From positions 304,507,882 to 304,571,881 of the forward strand of contig NC_133618.1 in assembly GCF_048593235.1 (NCBI RefSeq): a stretch of DNA of 64,000 nt. The letters are read 5' to 3'. The notes below the pieces were generated by a model. It was not told where the DNA came from. It saw only the letters and a program-made list of their open reading frames with translations, and did not search any database. Below, piece after piece: positions 51,206 to 61,700 of this stretch. Source of the stretch: Sminthopsis crassicaudata. Lineage: Eukaryota. Each line of letters starts with the position of its first letter. Positions within the stretch are counted from its first letter, which is position 1. The translations under genes were made by a program, and so were the position numbers.

Positions 51206-52157
51206 AAATAATGCAAAGATAAAAAAGGATCCATAAACAGACCTAAAAATGTGATCTATGCTGTTACACAACGTTGTTATTAATATGATGATCAAAGTCA
51301 CCATCACCATACCAATCAACATCATTATAAGAAGAAAAATAATTTTTACACAGATACAAAAAGAACATTCCCCCAAAGCCCAAAGTTATAAAGGGAAATA
51401 TTCTAAATTTTATAATAATTAGACAAGTCACCCCGAAGCTCCACAACTATTTTTAGCTGCCTTTACTGATTAATTCTATTCTGAATTCAAGGCCTACCAA
51501 TATACTGCAAATGCATAAATAACAAAATATAGTGAGTATGATGTAGTAAATGATATCTAAGTGGGAATGTATTTTCTATTCAAAATATCTTACCAACATT
51601 ACAGTGTCAAGAACAATTAATGTCAAGAATCAATGTCAAGAACAATTAATATGTAACAGTTTTCAGAAAGACAATTTGAAGCCATTATGATTTTGCTTAG
51701 CCTTATGTCCATTATAATCAATCTTAAATAAAACAAAGAACAGCTTCCACTTTTAAAAGGGAGATGAATTAAAAATTTTATTCATTTAATTACATAGGTA
51801 AAATAAAACACTAAAAACATATCAAACAGCTTGTACATATCATGTACATATCATGAAATCTTTTATCAATTATTTCAAACTTTTATTTGATCTTGATAAA
51901 TGTAAAGTTCTCCAATGTGCTCTAAGGAAAGAAAAAAAATAAATAAAAACTTCAAGCCTGAATCTAGAAATAGAATTGAATCCCATAAGAAGACACACCA
52001 ATTACATAGTATTCTACAGGAGTCCATTGAGTATAAATTAATCAATTTATCTATAAGTAAATTTCTTAAGAGATTTAGTGGCATCCTGAAATCACAAATG
52101 AATGGATAGAATATGTTTAAAGAAATTAAGATCTAATGTGTCTTTTAAAAAAAATAC

Positions 52158-52430
52158 TGATGTAATATGATTTTGTGGTCCCCTGATTTTAATGGGGCTT
52201 TTGTTCTGGCAATAAGTCAGTGATTCTAGATTCTCTGCCTCAGGAAACTCCCATACCCAATCTTCTGAATTCCCCTAGAATTCCCAGTGCTTTTGTAATG
52301 GCCTTACTATTACAATAAAGCTTTGCCCCTTGACTAGGAGATGGGTTTAAGCTTGCAAATTCTTTTGAGATACTTCACAATACCAGTCTGGCACCCCAAA
52401 TTTTTGGGGACCCCTTTCCCAAATTCAACA
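52158..52430 (+). mobile_element. ERV solo LTR, family A copy 1 (internally deleted)
   Basis: TG...CA ends. TACAATAAAG...GGAGATGGGTT...GCAAATTCTTTTGAGA is shared with the 54231 and 56522 copies. Flanks ATAC/GTAC. Confidence 0.75.
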
Positions 52431-53221
52431 GTACTCTGCTAATTAAATATGGGGATCATTACTTTAAGGCAGCTATGAAAAGTTTATATGCCTTCATCTA
52501 ATGGGAAGAGGGGATTAATAGATATTCTCAGAGGACATTATAAACAAATCAGAAACATACAAAATACTTTTCAAACTAGTAAATATCACTTCACTGAATA
52601 CTGGCAAAAGTTGGTCATAGATATATGCCATTAGGATTTGTCAAATGTAATAAAAATCAAAATTTGTTCATTTCCTGATGAAGCACATAAAATAATTAAG
52701 ACTAAATACTGGAATTCAAAGGCCTTTCATGGAAAAGAATCATATAAGTTTAAACAATTTAATAGGTTTAATTATTAAACAATAAGTTAAAACAAATAAA
52801 GCAATCAACAATAGGTTTAAAAAGGAGAATCAAGTAAATGCTTGAGTCCTATGAATTTGTTTAAGGAAAATGAATGTTTTATGTTGTCAATTCAGGACTA
52901 AGTCATGAGCATTAGGAAAAAAAAATATTTTTCTTGGGGAAATTTGACAGTGATAAATTTATAATTTGCAAGGAAATTTTAACAACCATGCAACACTAGA
53001 GGCCACGAAACTTTAGAACATACTGATTACTTCATCAGACTTTAAGAGATGGTTAGATTTATATTTCAGAAGATCATTACCTTTTATGAAATGGAAGAAG
53101 ACTAATTGCCAAAAATTCTTGAGAACCCACTCAAAACTCTCTATTGAAACAAGATTAAACTGTTGTCCACATTTACCCAAACAAAATATCTATTCATAAA
53201 AACAAAACAAAAACAAACAAA

Positions 53222-53253
<32 letters not shown>

Positions 53254-53524
53254 AACTTAAGAACAGTGCTTTAAATTGAAGTAGAATCTGACATGCCCAT
53301 AATTTCCAAGTACATAGAATAAAGTTTTCTAATTATGGACCTATAGAATAAAAATTTAAAAAAAAAGAAAAAAAAAACATGTAAGAAGAAAAACCTAGAA
53401 TAATTTCAGTGAGCCTACAGGCAATGACTTTATATGCTAATACTTTTTAAATTTTCAACTACCAAAAAACAAAAACAGTAGTTTTATCTAGATAAGTAAA
53501 TATTCCACAAAACAAGTTTAGTAA

Positions 53525-53800
53525 ACAGGTTAGTCATCAAGCACAGTATTTACTATGTCAAGCACTATGCTAAATACTACAAATATAAATAGCAATAGAA
53601 AGAGTCCTTGCCCTTAAGGAATTTGCATTTAAGTAAATCTAGACAACACCTAAAAAGGAGCTGAATAGAGTATTGGAGAAGAAAGTTAAAAGTGCCTGTC
53701 CCAGAAGCCTGGATAGAGCAAGTCTTGAATTCCTCTGCATGAGACTTGGAAGGCTTGGGCATCTTCACTAAATGTGGAGTTATTTCCAATGTATGAATTT
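53525..53800 (-). mobile_element. L2 3' region
   Basis: TATTTACTATGTCAAGCACTATGCTAAATACT...GTCCTTGCCCTTAAGGAATTTGCATT. Confidence 0.6.
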
Positions 53801-54059
53801 TAAAACTTTAGGCTGAAGAATTGGGGACATGATCAAGGAAATAAGGAGTACAGTCTGTTGAGAAATGAATTATATATAAAGGAATAATATCAAGATAGAG
53901 ATTCAGTTCAGTGTCATTCTTTCTGAACTCCATTGGATAAGATGAAAAATATATTTATGAAAAGTATAATTTTATATGATAATCATCAGTAATAATTGAT
54001 GCATGTAGTTTTCAGTTTTAGTGGAGTTTTAAGCTGCAATAATAACATTTCTGTGGTGC

Positions 54060-54200
54060 TTATTGTATGTCAGTGTGCTAAGTGCTTTGCAATTATTATT
54101 TCATTCGATATTTACAGAAACCGTGGAAGAGGTATCTTTATTTTGTAGATGAGAAAACTGAGGCAAATAGAGATTAATGATTTACTCATAGTCATAGCTA
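54060..54200 (-). mobile_element. MIR
   Basis: GTGCTAAGTGCTTTGCAATTATTATTTCATT...TTTTGTAGATGAGAAAACTGAGGCA. Confidence 0.7.
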
Positions 54201-54230
54201 TTATTAATAGTGTATGGCTACTAGGGGAAA

Positions 54231-55455
54231 CATAGCAGTAATGAGGTTCCCCTGATCTTACAATGCTTTTATTTTAACAATTTGTCAATGATTCTAAAGT
54301 TTTCAGGCCTTAGGATAGTCCTACAAATATTGCTGACTATCAGGTAGATAATCTGCTGGTCAATGATAACCAAATTTTGGAGACTAGTGAATAGATCATC
54401 CTCAGTTCTACCTCTAGGCCATAAAATTAGCATATTAGTGACATGAAGAACTGGATAAATTTGTCTTCTTGTTCCTGGTTTTTTGCTGAATCCTTTTGGA
54501 ACTTAGCCTGAATCAATTGGCTTTATAATTACAATAAACTTTTCCTCTTGACTTGGAGATGGGTTCAAACCTGCAAATTCTTTTGAGATATCTTGTGACA
54601 CTGAAGAAGGGACCCCAAAACTCTAAAACTCTTTGAAGGAGAAAATCTCCTTCAACTATGCCTCAGTGAGGGTCCCCAACAGAAGTAAATAAGATAGACA
54701 GCTTCATTCTGTTATCTAGGTGGAGTTGGTCCAGTCCTGAGCTAAAAGAATTCCAACCCTATTCAATTAAAGATTATTCAATTCAGCTCCACCCACTAGT
54801 TTCATTGGGAGGGGGAGCAGACTGGGCTTGCAGTCAAAGACCTCCTTATAAAAATAGCAATTAAAAATTCATTTCTTTATAGAGGTCCTGCCATGGCATG
54901 CAATGCCAAGGAAACCCTTTCTTCCTGTCATAGCAAGTCTTTGACCACTGGGATGCTATTCTCTTCCAGTGCTACCCTCTCTATATCCTCACCTATTTCC
55001 CTACTGAGACTTTATGCCCCTCTCTTGGGATTTCTCTAGACTTAACTTCTCTGTCAGACTTTGCTACTAAGGATCTCAGTTCTTCTATTCTTGCATAGTA
55101 AAGACTGATTTCCAAATACCAATAATAAACCTCTTTTATCAATCTAGGTTTCCATGTTTATAAATTCCTTTATAGAGATCTCTGCCAGAAGAGGGTTCCC
55201 CAAAACTCCCTACCCTTGCGCTGAATCCCAAGGGGGCGTTGAGGAGCCAAACCTCTCCATTTGGTTCCCTGAACCCCAAACCTGCCACTAAACTATATCA
55301 TTTAACTCCCTGACCACCAGAAACCCTAATCTCATTTTGGTTCCCTAAGTCTAGACCTCATCATTTGGTGGTCTGAAAGGGAACTCTAAAATCTAAACCT
55401 CATCAATATCAATCCGTGACTCCAACCTTTTGGGTTCTCCTTTTGAACCTCAACA
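54231..55455 (+). mobile_element. ERV solo LTR, family A copy 2, split by a nested LTR
   Basis: 54231-54601 and 55406-55455 rejoin into a sequence collinear with the reverse complement of 56522-56951. Confidence 0.8.
54602..55405 (+). mobile_element. Nested ERV solo LTR, family B
   Basis: TG...CA ends, TATAAAAA at 54847, AATAAA near 55125 and a degraded 4-bp TSD ACAC/ATAT. Confidence 0.7.
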
Positions 55456-55629
55456 TTATTAAGTGTCTGATGCTAGATTTGAACTCATCATCACTTAGTA
55501 TATTAAAGTTTTAATAGCTCACATTTCACCAAGACTTTTAAGAAAATATGCATAGTAAGTTAAAGGATGCAAAGTTCTTAGTATACATTATCTCATTTGA
55601 ACCTAAAAATAACCTTACTTAAGTACTAT

Positions 55630-56159
55630 TGTAATGCTGGAGAAACTGAGGCAAGATAGAGATTAGAGAGTATTTAATATTTTATTTGAAAGGGAGAGAT
55701 TTCCTGGCACCAAATGGTTTGGATCCATGGTTTGGTCCCAGGGCTGAATGAGACTATGTCTCCAAGAATCCAGCAAACAATCTGAGTTCTCAATGACATA
55801 CATACACCTGGCTCAGATACAGGGAGTAGACAGAGGCAGGGGCGGAGTCAGACCTCTGAGAGACTGTCAGTCTGGTTCTGACAGGATGATAGGCAGAGGC
55901 ATGGGGGACATCTGATAAATTGGGATTAAAGAATGGGGAGAGGCACCCAGCATTCTGATGATGACTAAGATAGAAGGTCTTTCTCCTTATCAGGATCATT
56001 AGAATTAGGAGGGAGGGATGGTGTTGCAGGATTGACCAGAACAATTAGGAACTGAGGCAGAACAATTCAGGGAAACCGAGGTAGGGCAATTAAGGGAAAC
56101 TGAATCAGGATAATTAGAGAAACTGAGTCAGGATAATAAAAGAGAACTGTGGCACAGCA
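55630..56159 (-). mobile_element. ERV1-class solo LTR, family C copy 3
   Basis: TGTAATGCTGGAGAAACTGAGGC...GAACTGTGGCACAGCA, with a perfect 4-bp TSD CTAT. It is inserted in a minus-strand MIR (about 55460-55625 and 56160-56230). Confidence 0.9.
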
Positions 56160-56521
56160 CTATAAGTATTATTGGTATTCTTTTTTAGAGGAAAGTCAGA
56201 AAGGTAAAAAAGTTCACCCAAGGTCATCCTTTCTGCTATTAAGCAATACTCACAAAGATACTTAATACCAGAATATTAGAAAATGTACTAGGGAAATCCA
56301 AGGGAGTATCAGTACCTACACTATAGTATTCAGATAGGGCTCTAGCTTCTTTCACACCTGTAATTTTTTTTCCATACAAATAGCTACAGATGTCCCCGGA
56401 CACTCTCAAAACTCTGGAATTATGTTCATGAAACTCTACAGTTATTTAGTTCATCATCTACTTTTCAGGAGTAGTACAGTATATGTGCTCATAATTTTTT
56501 TGGCATTCAAATGGTTATTTC

Positions 56522-56951
56522 TGCTGAGGTTCAAAAGGGATCTCAAAAGGTCGGGGGTCACAGACTAGTGTAATTTGTGTCTCAAAAGAATTTGTAGGCT
56601 TGAATCCATCTCCAAGTCAAAAGGCACAGTTTATTGTAATTGTAACACCAATAGAAGCAGGCTAAGTTCCAAAAGAATTTAGCAAAGAACCAAGAGAAAG
56701 AAGATAAATTATAGGATAAAGATAAGAGCTTCACTTTACTTACTTGCTAATTTTAAGGTTTACAGGTAGGTTTGAAGGGTGATCTATTCACTATTGTCTC
56801 AGGAACTTGATTATCACTGACCTACAGATTATCTATCTGACAATCAGTAATATTTGTAGAACTATTCTAAGGCTAGAAGATTTTAAAATCATTGACAGAT
56901 TGTTAGGACAGAAGCACTCTAAGGTCAAAGGTCCTTAAAAATATTGCTATA
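56522..56951 (-). mobile_element. ERV1-class solo LTR, family A copy 3
   Basis: Reverse complement of family A, with a perfect 4-bp TSD TTTC. Confidence 0.88.
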
Positions 56952-57091
56952 TTTCCCCTAGAAGCTGTTTCCTATCATGTCCACAGTAGATTGTACAGAG
57001 TGCACTGAAATGCCATCTACAATCTTAGACCTATCTTCCAGAATAATAGATCCTATACACAAATTAGCTTTTGACCTGAACTCCTGGATTA

Positions 57092-57094
<3 letters not shown>

Positions 57095-57132
<38 letters not shown>
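57095..57132. repeat. (AT)19 microsatellite
   Basis: Read directly from the sequence. Confidence 0.95.
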
Positions 57133-57135
<3 letters not shown>

Positions 57136-57739
57136 ACACCTTCAATCCATCTTTTTCTTTCATACACATATTTAAATATTATATATAATGTGTTTTTAAT
57201 TTTTTTCTTGATTGCTCCTCCTCCCTCTAAGGAATATGAGTAGGCTGTAAATGTGTGCCTCCAGACACCTAGACAAAAGCAGCAATCTTAATTAGTCAAA
57301 TTAAAACAGTAAGACACATCCAATTATCTCTTTTTAGTCTAAACCAGCTTCTAAAATGACAACTGATGTAAAAATAATTAAACCAAGACAGACTGGAAAA
57401 AGAGGAGAAGTAATGTATTTAGATTTTGAAGAGAAGTAATTAGTTTTGGCAGGTTATTTATTTATGTAAATTGAAAAATTAGCTGTACTAGGCAGAGGCG
57501 GTGCATTCAAGTGTCTGTATCTCTGGCTCAACATCAAGAAAGAAAAAGTTACTGTAAAAAAATGACGAGATGCATTTCAAGTACCAGGAGATTTTAAAAT
57601 TATTATGTTTTTAAGGAAAACAGATTCTCAAAGCAAACAGAATTGGAAGCCTTGGAAATAGTATAGTCTTTCCAAAGTCTATTTCAAAGGGTAAAACAAT
57701 TTCACTAACTACATGAAATGAATTTTCTATAATGCAAAG

Positions 57740-57910
57740 ATGGTTTTGTAGTGGTTTGTTTGTTTTGTTTTTTCCCAGATTCTTCCAGGTTTTTTTTTTC
57801 CCCCCCCATTCTGATTCCCATGAATGGAAGTTATTTCCTTTCTGAATGACATTTTTGTAAGTGATAGATATGATCAAATGTATCCAATATATGTGCTAAC
57901 TTGCTGCAAA
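57740..57910 (-). mobile_element. Old L1 3' end
   Basis: TTTTTTCCCCCCCATTCTGATTCCC...GATATGATCAAATGTATCCAATAT. Confidence 0.45.
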
Positions 57911-59759
57911 GATTTCACATGGCCACAATTGGCCATTAATAGCAGAGTTCAGATTCCTCACCTATCAAAAAAGATAAGGAATATAAAATGAAAAATATTG
58001 TCCAACTGTTCAAGCAAAGGATGCTAACAACAGGAATGGAGTGGGGGTGGGGAAAGACAATTCAGATATTATCAGATTACCTAAAACAGATGGTAAGAAC
58101 CAAGGAACAAATTCAGAGGGAATCACATTTTATTGTGGAAGATGCTGAAGGGGGAACCATGAGGAAGGAACAAAGGAAATTGAGGTAGAAGACAGATTAG
58201 ATGAGTCCTTCCTTTTATGACTTTGCTCAAAAACTACTTTTCTACCTACTTCAAAACATTTTCTTCATTCATCTATATATTACAATAATTCTTACTCTTT
58301 TTAAAGCCTTAACTCCAATCCAACATCTTCATTTTATAAAGAAATTAAGAATCAGAGAGAGGAAAGTGACTCATTTATGATAACCTAATCAGTTACTGCC
58401 AAGGTGCTTATGTTTACTTGAAACAAAGGGTGAGTAAAGTGCTTTCTCTTTTTTTTCACAATGCATTGGTATGGGGCAGAAATTATATAGAATTTAAGAA
58501 AACTTATTATCCACTGACTGAGGACCTTTAACCCTTTCTTTGCCTTAAATTGTTTTCCTTGCCCTTCCTTGTCATTGTTCCTCCTCCTTTCAATAAGAAT
58601 GCAAAACTTAAGGGGTGTCAGTAGCATTATAAACAGGTTCACTGAATTGTAAATACTACCCATAAACCATTGACACAATGAGGATTTCACAATTTACTGA
58701 AAATACTGTGTGACTATGAATAGTTTCTTTAAGTTGCAGAATTGTCAGATATTGGTAGTGTGATTAAGTATTTATAAAATAAGAAACATCCCTTCCAAAT
58801 CACGTAGTTATATATCTAACAGATAATTGTGACAAATTCCAAAAGACATCATATATTCCTATTAATAATGAAATGTTGTACAGCACTTCAGAAGCACCAA
58901 TATTCATACAATTAGTTGTATTGATTCCCTAGCATCCTAGTGATAACTAAAAAGAGATTGATAGCAGGTAAGCATGATTTTTTTTTTTTTAAGTTTTGCT
59001 GTCAGTAGTGATATTAGGAGCAGAAATCATATCCCTTTTGCAATACCTCAGTATTTTAGATGGGTTGTTTGGCCATTTTTTATCTAGGATTTTTACCATC
59101 AAGGAATCACAGATTTTTCAGGGTAATATTTAAATATGTTTTCTTTTCTCTGGGAACTAGATTTGTATGTGTAGAGGAATGAAGACTCAATTCCTGGATA
59201 GACAGTAGGAAAACTAAAGCATATATGTTGATATTTGTGTATAATATAATAATTTAGACATATTGATTAATCATAATTTAGTAATATATGTGAATAATTG
59301 TTAATCTAAAAATCAAGAAAAAACTTCAGATGAGGAGGTCACTAATGAATTAAAGGACAAAACAAATGGGGTAACTAAAGGAGCTAAACATTTTTGTACC
59401 TAGAGTTGTTTCCCTAAGGCATTGGCATATGTTGTGTTGTCTTGCATTTCTACCCCTGTAGATATGGTAATGTTGGCATAATTAATAAATCTAGATCAAT
59501 AAATCTAGAAACTTTTGCCTATTGTCTTTAATTTACCCTTGCCTATAATAACAATTTCCAGTCTGAGTGCTGACATCACCTTGGGTCTATTTCCATTGCC
59601 ATGGAAGTAACTCGGACATCTTAGATCACTTTACGCCATCCCAATAAACAAGGCAACAGCATTCAACCTTTTTCTTGAGCTCCCAGGGAGCTCACAAGCA
59701 TATTCCTAAATTAGTTATTATGTCTTGTATATACACAGTAGTTTTCATGTTGTCACATC

Positions 59760-59900
59760 TATTCCAGTATGACCACCTTAGCAGAAGGGACCCTTTCTCT
59801 GTCTTCCCAATACAGATTTGGCATATAATAAGTACCTGCTGCTTGTTGATTGATTGTGCCTACTTGATCCATAGTATTCAGTATTCTCTGGCCATTCAAA
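59760..59900 (+). mobile_element. L2 3' tail
   Basis: GCAGAAGGGACCCTTTCTCTG...TTGGCATATAATAAGTACCTG...TTGTTGATTGATTG. Confidence 0.55.
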
Positions 59901-60529
59901 AAGAATTTATTTTCATATTTTACCTGTTTTCTCTTAATCAGATTTTATCAGTAAGATCATTCAGTCAATCCAGCCTTCAACTATATCATATGCACTGTAG
60001 TTTCTATTTAGTTCCAATCCTGACCTAGTTTAGTTCATTCCACCCAAATAACTTATTTTTCCCTTATAATGTGAGACCAAGATCAAGCATCCTCTTCCCC
60101 CCTACCCCTGGTTATATTAAGCATAAGGAACTATGACCAATAAAAAGAAGTAGCAAAGAAGCAAAATTAATCTTGACCAAAAAAGGGCATTTTCAAACAA
60201 TTTCAAAAAAATTCTCTTTCAAAAATTCCAAAAATTGAATGAGAGAAATATCCAATATAATAATTTTTCTAGTTATTAATTAGACTAGATAGGGTTTCTT
60301 TTAATTTTGAAATTCTATAATGCTATATGATTAAGTTTGTAGCACATCTTCCTTATATTGTCCACTAGATATTTAGTCACTTCACCAACTCATATTCATC
60401 AGTTCTGGCTCACCCTTTGGTGCCTCTCTCGCCAGAAACTGATTCTGACAAGTTCATATTAAAATAATCACAGTAGCAAGAATTTTTATGCAAATTTACT
60501 GTTGGCAAAACTCTTTGATTTTGTTGTCA

Positions 60530-60730
60530 TTTTTCATAGTGTCTCACTATCCATGACCTCACTTGGAGCTTTCTTAGCAGAGATACTGGACTGATTTCTC
60601 CAGCTTGTTTTAATAAAACAAATAGAGTTAGGTGATTTGTCTGGCTCACACACCTAATAAGTGACTGAGATCAGATTGGAAGTAACAAAGGTACACTTTC
60701 CTGACTCCAAGTTCAGTACCACCTAGCAGG
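60530..60730 (-). mobile_element. MAR1-type SINE
   Basis: TTTCTTAGCAGAGATACTGGA...TTCCTGACTCCAAG...CCACCTAGC. Confidence 0.7.
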
Positions 60731-61249
60731 CCCAACCAAAATCCTTAGCTTTCCTTTAATAATTGCTCTGAGTCAATTTGCCTCAACACAAATTTGTTTG
60801 TCTTTAAATTTAAAAAAATATATATTTATATAAGTAGACTAAGTAGACCCTATTAGGGTAATAATTTTTAATAAAGGCTTTGGGGAAGAGATGACATCTG
60901 AACTAAAGTTCTAAGGCTGGATAGATAGAAATGACATAAGTAAGCTAAGAACTATCAAAGCCATCATTCATGGTTTCAATTTTAGACTTCCTTGAAAACC
61001 AGACTAGCCAAGGTACACTTTGAGGTACAGAAAAATGATTGTACTTGTGGGATATTCCCCATGAGCAAATTGTGAATCTCAGCCAAAGTAGTCCCAAGTC
61101 GACCAAATATTTTATTACTCTTCCTTTCTTCCAGATTCTCTAGATTAATTCTTATAAATTCTGCTGCTGCAACTCTCATGCTATTCTGTTTCTTTGTTCT
61201 TCTGGAACTCCCTTGCCAGCCATTCTCTCAACACTTCCCCAGAATAATT

Positions 61250-61700
61250 ATCTGTGGGTCAGTTACAGATTCCTACTGATTGAATCATTGATTTTGTGCA
61301 CTCTAAGATTCAGCTACATTTACTGACATTTGTTTTACTTAAAACTAAATAATCCATTACTCAACTCAATGCCTTTACAATGGCCATCCACCATAACTAT
61401 CATCTACTTTCATCATATCTTTATATCCTAGCTTCCTTTGCTTGTTTCAAGGCTCAACTCAATTCCCAGCTTAAGGAAAAGGCCTTTCTCCGTCCCTGTG
61501 TTAGATTACCTTCTACTATTTTTGTATATGGTTTATATATTGTCTGATCCATTAGAATGTGAACCATGGGGGCAGGGACAGCATTTTAGCTTTTCTTTGT
61601 ATTCCCAACACTTAGCACAGTAAGTGCTAAATAAATAATAAATAATCATAAATAAATTAATGATGACTGATAAATAAATAATAAATGCATGTTAACTAAT
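61250..61700 (+). mobile_element. L2 3' region with tail
   Basis: CAAGGCTCAACTCAA...TCCATTAGAATGTGAACC...GGCAGGGACAGC...TTTGTATTCCCAACACTTAGCACAGTAAGTGCT. Confidence 0.75.

Noticed and set aside
51264-51446. Hydrophobic or acidic-looking minus-strand ORFs
   Set aside because: Explained by a decayed GAT/GGT trinucleotide tract in AT-rich DNA.
51605-51649. Short tandem triplication of TGTCAAGAA(CAATTAA); similar 21-bp units at about 41654-41705
   Set aside because: Ordinary slippage duplications with degenerate units and no spacer structure.
60982-61179. 65-aa minus-strand ORF with protein-like composition
   Set aside because: No convincing acceptor or donor pair and no recognised homology.
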